A DNA stretch of 64,000 nucleotides, taken from Gammaproteobacteria bacterium (lineage in GTDB: Bacteria; Pseudomonadota; Gammaproteobacteria; PS1; Pseudothioglobaceae). Location of the stretch: positions 31,808-95,807 of the forward strand of contig JASLYC010000063.1 in the NCBI GenBank assembly GCA_030739975.1, read 5' to 3'. Positions 14,665 to 22,321 of the stretch are shown here, one piece after another. The notes beneath the pieces were generated by a model. That model was not told the origin of the DNA, did not search any database, and saw nothing but the letters and a program-made list of their open reading frames with translations. The position numbers and the translations under genes are program-made. Within the stretch, counting starts at the first letter, position 1. Every line of letters begins with the position of its first letter.

Positions 14665-14728
14665 TTGACATTTAGTATCAAACACTCTATATTGTGCACT
14701 GCAACAAATGCTGCACTGCAACAAATGT
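14665..14728 (+). promoter_or_regulatory. Sigma70 promoter (TTGACA-17-TATATT) plus 2 x 17-bp direct-repeat operator for phasin-like gene 1
   Basis: TTGACA at 14665-14670 and TATATT at 14688-14693. Tandem TGCACTGCAACAAATGC / TGCACTGCAACAAATGT lies at 14695-14728, preceded by an A-rich UP-like tract. Confidence 0.6.
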
Positions 14729-14768
14729 TGTTTTATATATAACCATTACTTATAACGAGGACACTATT

Positions 14769-15209
14769 ATGGCAAACGATACAATAAAATTATTTAAAGA
14801 TATAACTGAGAAAAGCGTTGCTTCTCTTAAAAGCGTAGGCGAACTTAACTTACGCACTTTTGAAACTCTTGCTGCTAAGCAAGTTGAATTAGTACAAAAC
14901 GCTACTGATGTTGCTGTTAAGCAACAAGCTATTTTTACTGAGTCTAAAGATATTAATGCTGCAGTATCTGCACAGTCAGATCTTGCTAACTCTTACACTG
15001 AGTCACTTACTAAAAGTGTAACTGAAGTTGCTGACGTTCTTAAAGGCGCTCAAGAAGAGCTAGTTAGCTTTGCTGAAGTAAACTTTGCTGAAGCTAAGTC
15101 AAACACTGAAAAGGTTGCTGCTGAAGTTAAAGCTACTGCTGAAAAAGTAGTTGCTAAAGTTAAAGCAAACGCTGAGAAAGTTGTTGCTGACGCTAAAGCT
15201 TACGCTTAA
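14769..15209 (+). CDS. Phasin-family (Phasin_2-like) protein, copy 1
   Basis: 146 aa from the ATG at 14769. The upstream part of the ORF-track entry only translates the operator repeats. The ELNLRTFETLAAKQVELVQ region resembles PhaP-type phasins, and the C-terminus has three 11-residue Ala/Lys/Val/Glu repeats. Confidence 0.65.
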   Translation: MANDTIKLFKDITEKSVASLKSVGELNLRTFETLAAKQVELVQNATDVAVKQQAIFTESKDINAAVSAQSDLANSYTESLTKSVTEVADVLKGAQEELVSFAEVNFAEAKSNTEKVAAEVKATAEKVVAKVKANAEKVVADAKAYA

Positions 15210-15226
15210 ATAAAGATTGTTAGTAG

Positions 15227-15257
15227 AAAAGGCGCCTAATGGGCGCCTTTTTTTTTT
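15227..15257 (+). terminator. Rho-independent terminator
   Basis: AAAAGGCGCC-TAATG-GGCGCC followed by a T10 run. Confidence 0.85.
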
Positions 15258-15421
15258 GTTTATTTATTTGACCTATAGCCACTTTTTTTCTATTCTTAAT
15301 TAGTATCTTAGATTGATTTACAAATGAATAAACACTTGGTATATGGGTTTTTTGGGTATACAATAGTATCAAATATGAAATTAAAAACTATATTACTCAT
15401 AACAATGATTTAGGAAGATAT

Positions 15422-15781
15422 ATGAAAAAAATAGTATTAACTATTGTTTTAGCTTGCGCATTATCTTCAGGATTGCATGCTGAAATTAATAATAGAGCAT
15501 TTTTAGAAACGATGTTTAATGGGTGCAATAGCCCAGGACCAGATTATGATGATTTAGTGCAAATTATTGGGGTTGGTGGGATATTTGAATATTGTGGCTG
15601 CACTGTAAATGAAATGTCTAAACATATGGATTTGAAAGATTTGGTACAATTAGGTGTAGACGCTTTATCATTAGGTTCTAGCACTGAAGAAGAGATAAGC
15701 AATGAACAGTTGTCTATTATGCTTAAAAATGAACAATTCTCTAATGCTGTTGTTAAATGCCTTACAAATGTTATTAGATAG
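15422..15781 (+). CDS. Small secreted protein of unknown function (4 Cys)
   Basis: 119 aa with a signal peptide MKKIVLTIVLACALSSGLHA, a preceding AGGAAG RBS, and an acidic helical-looking mature part. I recognise no family. Confidence 0.6.
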   Translation: MKKIVLTIVLACALSSGLHAEINNRAFLETMFNGCNSPGPDYDDLVQIIGVGGIFEYCGCTVNEMSKHMDLKDLVQLGVDALSLGSSTEEEISNEQLSIMLKNEQFSNAVVKCLTNVIR

Positions 15782-15801
15782 ATAAAAATATATATTAAGA
15801 T

Positions 15802-16206
15802 TTAAAAAGATTCACACTTCCATGCAATTACAACCATAGAATCTTTGTAATTAGCGCCAAACGTCCAGCCTAATATCTGACTACTTGTTGCGTATCCAGT
15901 ATCAGGATTCAGTAAAAAATTATTTCCATCTGAATAGCAGGCTATTATCGATGTGGTGAATACTGTTTTACATTCTTTTTTCTTGTATAGTCTTGTGCCA
16001 AAAGTATTTGGCATTGATAGATGACTACCATTTTGCTTAACTATTACTCTTTTAACATTACTAAACGTAGATTCAGAATAGCCACTACCTTCCTCATAGT
16101 GCAGTCCAATATGAGCCTCTGGAGCACAATACCAAACCTTTTCTTCTGCAACAGCATTCCAAGAAATAAGCATTGAAATTATTAATAGTATGGTTAGTTT
16201 TTTCAT
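15802..16206 (-). CDS. Small secreted protein of unknown function (4 Cys)
   Basis: 134 aa with a signal peptide MKKLTILLIISMLISWNAVA and a beta-rich-looking mature part. It is convergent with the previous gene. I recognise no family. Confidence 0.6.
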   Translation of the reverse strand: MKKLTILLIISMLISWNAVAEEKVWYCAPEAHIGLHYEEGSGYSESTFSNVKRVIVKQNGSHLSMPNTFGTRLYKKKECKTVFTTSIIACYSDGNNFLLNPDTGYATSSQILGWTFGANYKDSMVVIAWKCESF

Positions 16207-16317
16207 ATAGTATTATTTGTTTTTGCAAATCACCTGCATTGTAGCACCTTTTGATTCGTTAACAATTTGACTTTATTGCAAAGTTAACGTTCTGTGCTGG
16301 TTCATCCACTAATATAT

Positions 16318-16349
16318 GCCACAAAGCCTGTTGCTATAGGCTTTGTGGC
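16318..16349 (+). repeat. Copy 2 of the atpC-distal stem-loop (perfect 12-bp stem)
   Basis: GCCACAAAGCCT-GTTGCTAT-AGGCTTTGTGGC. This marks the start of the second copy of the roughly 0.63-kb duplicated segment. Confidence 0.6.
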
Positions 16350-16401
16350 ATAATTATTAAGCTATTCAAGCTTATATTTATCAAATAATTTAAAAAAAGA
16401 C

Positions 16402-16465
16402 TTGACATTTATTAGTGAATACTCTATATTGTGCACTGCAACAAATGTTGCACTGCAACAAATGT
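16402..16465 (+). promoter_or_regulatory. Promoter (TTGACA-17-TATATT) plus 2 x 17-bp direct-repeat operator for phasin-like gene 2
   Basis: TTGACA at 16402-16407, TATATT at 16425-16430, and TGCACTGCAACAAATGT x2 at 16432-16465. It is almost base-for-base identical to 14665-14728. Confidence 0.6.
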
Positions 16466-16505
16466 TGTTTATAGATAACCATTACTAATAATAAGGGAGA
16501 TAATT

Positions 16506-16952
16506 ATGGAAAACGATACTATAAAACTATTTAAAGATATAACTGATAAAAGCGTTGCTTCTTTCAAAAGTGTAGGCGAGCTTAACTTGCGTACTTTTGA
16601 AGCTCTTGCTGCTAAGCAGGTTGAGATAGTTCAGAATGCTGCTCAAGCTGGTGTAAAGCAGTCAGAAATTTTAGCTGACTCTAAAGACGTCAATGATTCA
16701 CTGTCTGCACAGTTCGATCTTGCTAATGACTACACCGATCAGTTTTCAAAAAGTGTAACTGAGATTTCTGATATCCTTAAGGCTGCTCAAGATGAGCTAG
16801 CTGGAATTGCTGAAGTAAACTTTGCTGAGACTAAATCAAATACCGAGAAGGTTGCTGCTGAAGTTAAAGCTAACGCTGAAAAAGTAGTTGCTAAAGTTAA
16901 AGCTAATGCTGAAAAAGTAGCTAAAGAAGTTAAAGCAAACGTTAAAAAATAA
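16506..16952 (+). CDS. Phasin-family (Phasin_2-like) protein, copy 2
   Basis: 148 aa and a clear paralogue of 14769-15209, with the same N-terminus (NDTIKLFKDIT.KSVAS.KSVGELNLRTFE) and the same C-terminal 11-mer repeats. Confidence 0.65.
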   Translation: MENDTIKLFKDITDKSVASFKSVGELNLRTFEALAAKQVEIVQNAAQAGVKQSEILADSKDVNDSLSAQFDLANDYTDQFSKSVTEISDILKAAQDELAGIAEVNFAETKSNTEKVAAEVKANAEKVVAKVKANAEKVAKEVKANVKK

Positions 16953-17002
16953 TCAACGTTTTTTTCAAGGGGTGCATTTTTTTGACACCCTTTGGAATCC
17001 AA

Positions 17003-17016
17003 TTGATTTAAATCAT
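17003..17016. promoter_or_regulatory. FNR/Anr-type box (TTGATTTAAATCAT), distal
   Basis: Has one mismatch to TTGAT-N4-ATCAA. Lies upstream of ccoN. Confidence 0.55.
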
Positions 17017-17022
17017 TTATAA

Positions 17023-17036
17023 TTGATTTGGATCAA
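17023..17036. promoter_or_regulatory. FNR/Anr-type box (TTGATTTGGATCAA), perfect consensus
   Basis: Perfect TTGAT-N4-ATCAA, extended to AATTGAT-N4-ATCAATT. Lies upstream of ccoN, a classical FNR/Anr target. Confidence 0.7.
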
Positions 17037-17218
17037 TTAGAAATATATTTTGTAAAATATAATTGACGCTTACATGTTGGTTAGATTTGCAAGTTATATT
17101 TTTAATTGATGTGTTGTAAAAATGAGCTTGGCCTGTTGTATTTGTTGAAACCTTCACTCCTTTGGTAAAGCTTTACAACAGAAACATGCTCGCAACTTAT
17201 TTATTAGGGAAAATAAAA

Positions 17219-18625
17219 ATGATCGAGGCACTTTCAGCACCACAGTATAACGATGAAATTATAAAAAAATTCACTATAGCCTCGGTTTTTTGGGCAATAG
17301 TTGGATTTTTAGCCGGAGTATTTATTGCTCTTCAGATGGCCTTTCCGGATCTAAACTTTGAACCTTACCTTACTTTCGGCAGACTAAGACCACTTCATAC
17401 TTCAGCAGTAATTTTTGCTTTTGGGGGTAACGTGTTGTTTGCAACAAGTTATTTTGTAGTGCAAAGAACCTGCAGAACTCGGCTATGGGGGGGAGGACTT
17501 GCAAATTTCACATTTTGGGGCTATCAAGCATTTATTGTTATGGCAGCACTGGGCTATGTTTTTGGCGTTACACAGGGCAAAGAGTATGCAGAACCTGAGT
17601 GGTATGCTGATTTATGGTTAGTTCTTGTTTGGGTTAGCTATCTTTTAGTTTTTTTAATGACCCTAGCAAAGAGACAAGAGCCACACATTTATGTAGCTAA
17701 CTGGTTCTTTTTAGCCTTTATAGTTACTGTTGCTGTGCTTCATTTAGTTAACGGACTGTCTGTCCCTGTATCTCTAACAAGCCTAAAGAGTTACCCTCTA
17801 TGGAGTGGTGTACAGAACGCAATGATTCAATGGTGGTATGGCCATAATGCAGTGGGCTTTTTTCTTACCGCTGGATTTTTAGGAATTATGTACTATTTTG
17901 TCCCAAAAAGAGCCAACAGACCAGTTTACTCATACAGACTATCTATTTTGCATTTTTGGTCATTGATATTTCTATATATTTGGGCAGGCCCTCACCACCT
18001 GCATTACACATCCCTTCCGGATTGGGCTCAAACTCTAGGAATGACATTTTCAATTATTTTGTGGATGCCAAGTTGGGGTGGAATGATTAACGGTCTGATG
18101 ACGCTTTCAGGGGCATGGCATAAACTACGCGAGGACCCGGTACTGAAATTTATGATTGTTTCACTAGCATTTTATGGAATGGTCACCTTTGAAGGGCCAT
18201 TAATGGCAATTAAAGAGGTAAACGCTTTGAGCCATTACACTGAATGGACTATTGGGCATGTTCATTCTGGTGCTTTAGGCTGGGTAGCTTTTATTAGTTT
18301 TGGCGCTATCTATTATCTGGTGCCTAAGTTATGGGGAAAGGAAGAATTATATTCATTGAAATTAGTCAACTTACATTTATGGATAGCCACAATAGGAATT
18401 GTTTTCTATATTGCTGCTATGTGGGTTGCTGGAATTATGCAAGGTCTGATGTGGCGCAGTTACGATAGTTTAGGCTTTTTGGAGTACTCATTCGTGGAAA
18501 CTGTAATGGCTATGCACCCTTTCTATATTATCCGCGCCCTTGGAGGCGTTTTATTTCTTGGCGGCGCATTGATAATGGTATTTAACATATATAAAACCAT
18601 TAAGACCGACGAAAGGATCGCCTAG
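17219..18625 (+). CDS. ccoN: cbb3-type cytochrome c oxidase subunit I
   Basis: Polytopic haem-copper oxidase with conserved His ligands ([24 protein letters not shown]). Start set to the ATG at 17219 ([12 protein letters not shown]), which follows an AGGGA RBS. Confidence 0.95.
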   Translation: MIEALSAPQYNDEIIKKFTIASVFWAIVGFLAGVFIALQMAFPDLNFEPYLTFGRLRPLHTSAVIFAFGGNVLFATSYFVVQRTCRTRLWGGGLANFTFWGYQAFIVMAALGYVFGVTQGKEYAEPEWYADLWLVLVWVSYLLVFLMTLAKRQEPHIYVANWFFLAFIVTVAVLHLVNGLSVPVSLTSLKSYPLWSGVQNAMIQWWYGHNAVGFFLTAGFLGIMYYFVPKRANRPVYSYRLSILHFWSLIFLYIWAGPHHLHYTSLPDWAQTLGMTFSIILWMPSWGGMINGLMTLSGAWHKLREDPVLKFMIVSLAFYGMVTFEGPLMAIKEVNALSHYTEWTIGHVHSGALGWVAFISFGAIYYLVPKLWGKEELYSLKLVNLHLWIATIGIVFYIAAMWVAGIMQGLMWRSYDSLGFLEYSFVETVMAMHPFYIIRALGGVLFLGGALIMVFNIYKTIKTDERIA

Positions 18626-18651
18626 ATTGGGCATTAATTGGAGTAAATAGA

Positions 18652-19383
18652 GTGTTAGAAAAACATAAAAAACTTGAAAAAAACTCAATTTTGTTGTTGA
18701 TTTTTATAATTATTACTATCTCAATAGGTGGCCTTATCGAGATTGTGCCACTTTTTAGACTTGAAACAACTATAGAGCCTGTTAAAGGCATTAGGCCTTA
18801 CACACCATTAGAGCTTGCAGGACAGGATGTCTACATTAGGGAGGGATGCTATGGCTGCCATAGCCAACAAATCAGAGCATTAAGAGACGAAGTTGAGCGT
18901 TACGGACACTACTCCTTAGCTGCAGAAAGCATGTATGACCATCCATTCCAATGGGGTTCAAAGAGAACAGGTCCTGACCTTGCTAGGGTGGGCGGTAAAT
19001 ATTCAGATAGCTGGCATGTTCAACACATGATTAACCCTCAAGAGTATGTTCCAGAGTCAATCATGCCTAGCTATAGCCATATGGCAACAAGCAAAGCAAG
19101 TCTTGACGATATCGGGTCTCATTTGGAGGCACTTAGAGTTACTGGGGTACCTTATACAGACTCAATGATTGAAAACGCCTATACAGATGCAATGGCCCAG
19201 GCAAATGAAGGGGAAGCTAACACAAAGGACGGTCTACTGAAACGTTACGGCAAAAATACAATTGTTCGTGATTTTGACGGAAAGGCGGGCTTTGTATCTG
19301 AGCTAGACGCAATAATCTCTTATTTGCAGGTTCTTGGCACTATGGCTGATCTCAAAGACTATAACCCTGATGTTGTTGAATAA
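18652..19383 (+). CDS. ccoO: cbb3-type cytochrome c oxidase subunit II (monohaem)
   Basis: 243 aa with an N-terminal TM helix and a CYGCHS haem c site. GTG start. Confidence 0.93.
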   Translation: MLEKHKKLEKNSILLLIFIIITISIGGLIEIVPLFRLETTIEPVKGIRPYTPLELAGQDVYIREGCYGCHSQQIRALRDEVERYGHYSLAAESMYDHPFQWGSKRTGPDLARVGGKYSDSWHVQHMINPQEYVPESIMPSYSHMATSKASLDDIGSHLEALRVTGVPYTDSMIENAYTDAMAQANEGEANTKDGLLKRYGKNTIVRDFDGKAGFVSELDAIISYLQVLGTMADLKDYNPDVVE

Positions 19384-19397
19384 TAGGCGAATGCAGG

Positions 19398-19565
19398 ATG
19401 ATTAATTTTATTAATTCAAACGCCGGAACTTTGGGGCTACTATTCTTTTTTTCCACTTTTGTTGGGGTTGCGCTTTGGGCATTTAAACCCAGTATGAAGA
19501 GCACAATAGAGTCATACAAATATATACCCCTTGCGGAGGACACTAATGAACCCAAGCAACAATAA
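19398..19565 (+). CDS. ccoQ: cbb3-type cytochrome c oxidase subunit CcoQ (55 aa; not in ORF track)
   Basis: My translation is MINFINSNAGTLGLLFFFSTFVGVALWAFKPSMKSTIESYKYIPLAEDTNEPKQQ. It is a single-TM peptide between ccoO and ccoP and overlaps ccoP by 20 nt. Confidence 0.6.
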   Translation: MINFINSNAGTLGLLFFFSTFVGVALWAFKPSMKSTIESYKYIPLAEDTNEPKQQ

Positions 19566-20421
19566 TATAGAAACACAAGATGATATAGGTACAACCGGCC
19601 ATGAATGGGACGGAATTACTGAGCTTAATTACCCCTGCCCTAGATGGTGGGTATGGATATTTCTTGGCACAATTGTTTGGGCTGTAGGGTATTGGTATAT
19701 CTATCCTGCTTGGCCTGTAATTTCAGGTGATTCAGAGAGGGGCGGCACTAAAGGTGTTATGGAGTGGACTCAGTATAAACAACTCGAAGAAAGCCAGAGC
19801 GAGATATTTTCTAGAAGAGCAGAGAATCTAGAAAAGCTCCAAAACACTTCAACTAAAGACGTTATGGACATGCCAGAACTTTATGAATTTGCAGTGGTTG
19901 GAGGAAAGTCAGCATTTAAAGAAAATTGTGCTCAATGCCACGGTAGCGGGGGCGGAGGAGCTAAGGGCTATCCCAATCTGAATGACGATGATTGGTTATG
20001 GGGTGGTTCATTAAAAGAGCTATCTAAAACTATTAAATACGGTATAAGATCAGACCACAAAAATACCAGAAACTCAGTCATGCCTCCTCTAGCTGCTGTT
20101 ATGGGCAAGGATTCCGTAACAAAGGTAAGTAGATATGTAGCTGGACTTTCAAAAGGTTCTAGCTCTACAGCAGAGGGTGCTAAAGAATACAAGCAGATGT
20201 GCTCTGCTTGCCACGGAGTCAACGGAGAAGGCAACCGTATATTTGGTGCGCCAAAGCTATCAGACGGAATCTGGCTATATGGCAAAGGCGATGAACAGCA
20301 GATTGAATCACAAATTAAATCTCCCCAACATGGCGTTATGCCTGCATGGATTGATAGGCTAGGAGAAGACACTATAAAACAATTAGTTGTTTATGTTTAT
20401 TCTCTTGGCGGCGGTGAGTAA
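19546..20421 (+). CDS. ccoP: cbb3-type cytochrome c oxidase subunit III (dihaem)
   Basis: Has two CxxCH sites (CAQCHG and CSACHG) and the N-terminal HEWDGI..ELNYPCPRWW motif. Start set to the ATG at 19546. Confidence 0.93.
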   Translation: MNPSNNNIETQDDIGTTGHEWDGITELNYPCPRWWVWIFLGTIVWAVGYWYIYPAWPVISGDSERGGTKGVMEWTQYKQLEESQSEIFSRRAENLEKLQNTSTKDVMDMPELYEFAVVGGKSAFKENCAQCHGSGGGGAKGYPNLNDDDWLWGGSLKELSKTIKYGIRSDHKNTRNSVMPPLAAVMGKDSVTKVSRYVAGLSKGSSSTAEGAKEYKQMCSACHGVNGEGNRIFGAPKLSDGIWLYGKGDEQQIESQIKSPQHGVMPAWIDRLGEDTIKQLVVYVYSLGGGE

Positions 20422-20423
20422 GA

Positions 20424-21848
20424 TTGCCAGCAGAGAGCAAAGTTCAGTTTTTTGCTAAGCAGCAAAAGATATACCCTAAAAGGGTTTGGGGCAAATATAG
20501 AAAAATAAAATGGATAATAATGCTTATTACCTTAGGCATTTATTATCTTGCGCCCTGGATTAGATGGGATCGCGGAATAAACGCTCCAGACCAGGCCATT
20601 TTATTTGACATCCCCAATAGTCGAGCGTACTTCTTTTTTATCGAAATATGGCCACAAGAGGTTTACTACATTACCGGCATCTTGATTATTGCAGCAATAG
20701 GGCTTTTTTTTGTTACAAGCCTATTTGGTAGGGCTTGGTGTGGCTACATATGCCCACAGACTGTTTGGACAGATTTGTTTGTATGGGTTGAAAGAATTTT
20801 ACAAGGTGACCGACATCAAAGATTGAAGCTGGACAAGTCAAAGTTTAGTTTTAATAAGTTTTGGCGTTTGTTAGCTACTCACTTAGTCTGGATTATAATT
20901 TCAGTTTTAACAGGCGGTGCCTGGGTGTTTTATTTCAACGATGCTCCGACCTTGATGCTGCAGTTAATAAACCAAGATGTACCATGGTCAGTCACTGGTT
21001 GGGTTGTGGCTCTTACAGGAAGTACATACTTGTTGGCAGGCTTTGGACGAGAACAGGTATGTAATTATATGTGCCCGTACGCCAGATTCCAGTCAGCAAT
21101 GTTTGACGAAGAGTCATTAATTATTTGTTATGATGAGTTGCGAGGAGAGCCACGAAGCGCACGCAAAAAAGACTCCAGCTGGGAAGGTAGAGGGCATTGT
21201 ATAGATTGTAAAATTTGTGTCCATGTATGTCCAGCGGGGATTGATATTAGGGACGGACTGCAGATGGAGTGTATAGCATGTGGTATGTGTATTGATGCAT
21301 GTAACAATGTAATGGACAAACTAAAGTTACCTCGAGGGCTGGTACGCTATGATACTGAGTTAAACCATAAATTACGTAAAGAAAACAAACAAGAAGCTGT
21401 TCACATATTTCGCAAAAGAACAATACTCTATGTTTCAGTTCTATTCATCACAATAAGCACTATGCTTTATGGGTTAATTAACCGCTCCCCAATAGAGTTG
21501 CATGTTCTGCATGACCGTAACCCAATTTTTGTTGAACTTTCAGATAGTAGAATTAGAAACGGTTATGATATAAAAATTCTCAATAAGACACACCAAGACA
21601 AAAACTACAAGCTTACTATTTCAGGCATAGATGATTTGGATATAAAGATTGCTGTTGCTGGCAATATAATGGGCAATAAGTGGTTTAATTCTTTACCTGT
21701 TTTTGCCGACAGTATTGGCCATTTCAGAGTGTTTTTGACAGCTCAAAAGCAGAACAATGCCCGTCAACAATTAATCTTTAATGTTGAAGATGTTTACACT
21801 AAAATTAAAGAAAATAGCGATAGTATATTTATCAGCAGTCTAGAATAA
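20424..21848 (+). CDS. ccoG: cbb3 oxidase accessory ferredoxin-like protein CcoG
   Basis: 474 aa with TM helices and two 4Fe-4S ferredoxin motifs (CIDCKICVHVCP and CIACGMCIDACN). Apparent TTG start. Confidence 0.88.
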   Translation: MPAESKVQFFAKQQKIYPKRVWGKYRKIKWIIMLITLGIYYLAPWIRWDRGINAPDQAILFDIPNSRAYFFFIEIWPQEVYYITGILIIAAIGLFFVTSLFGRAWCGYICPQTVWTDLFVWVERILQGDRHQRLKLDKSKFSFNKFWRLLATHLVWIIISVLTGGAWVFYFNDAPTLMLQLINQDVPWSVTGWVVALTGSTYLLAGFGREQVCNYMCPYARFQSAMFDEESLIICYDELRGEPRSARKKDSSWEGRGHCIDCKICVHVCPAGIDIRDGLQMECIACGMCIDACNNVMDKLKLPRGLVRYDTELNHKLRKENKQEAVHIFRKRTILYVSVLFITISTMLYGLINRSPIELHVLHDRNPIFVELSDSRIRNGYDIKILNKTHQDKNYKLTISGIDDLDIKIAVAGNIMGNKWFNSLPVFADSIGHFRVFLTAQKQNNARQQLIFNVEDVYTKIKENSDSIFISSLE

Positions 21849-22321
21849 TGTTTAGCAAATTAGTTAAAAACGATAAAGCAATACCGCTATATTTTGTTGC
21901 CTTCTTTCTTGTGGTAGCAATTATTGATGGGATACTTGTTTATCTTGCTACATCGACCCATAGCGGATTAGTTACTGAAAACGCCTACAAAAAAGGTTTA
22001 AACTATAACCAGCAAATTGCTGCATTTAATAAGCAAGTGTTGACCGGCTGGAGTGGTGAGATAGGGTTTAATAATGAGACTTTATCTTTTAAACTAATTG
22101 ACAAAGGAGGCGAGCCTATAGTGGGCGCAAAGGTTGTCGCTCATGTTTTGCGCTCAACAATGTCTGGACTAGATTTTAAGGTCACTCTCCAAGATCAAGG
22201 GAAAGGAAGATATGAGGTTAAGGGGGCTAACTTTCCTCTGAAGGGGCAGTGGGATATAATAGTGGTAGCAGAATGGAATCAACAAAAACACCAACAAAGA
22301 AAACGCATAATAGTGAATTAG
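21848..22321 (+). CDS. ccoH: FixH/CcoH family cbb3 assembly protein
   Basis: 157 aa with one N-terminal TM helix. It lies between ccoG and ccoI, and its ATG overlaps the ccoG stop (TAATG). Confidence 0.8.
   Translation: MFSKLVKNDKAIPLYFVAFFLVVAIIDGILVYLATSTHSGLVTENAYKKGLNYNQQIAAFNKQVLTGWSGEIGFNNETLSFKLIDKGGEPIVGAKVVAHVLRSTMSGLDFKVTLQDQGKGRYEVKGANFPLKGQWDIIVVAEWNQQKHQQRKRIIVN

Noticed and set aside
14694-14768. Cys-rich N-terminal extension (MHCNKCCTATN...) of the first phasin ORF in the track.
   Set aside because: It is simply the translation of the TGCACTGCAACAAATG operator repeats that lie between the -10 box and the real ATG at 14769. The paralogue at 16506 has no such extension.
15324-15413. 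29-codon ORF MNKHLVYGFFGYTIVSNMKLKTILLITMI upstream of the first secreted-protein gene.
   Set aside because: It is too short, has no RBS, and ends within a signal-peptide-like stretch. At most it is a gene remnant, so it is not reported as a feature.
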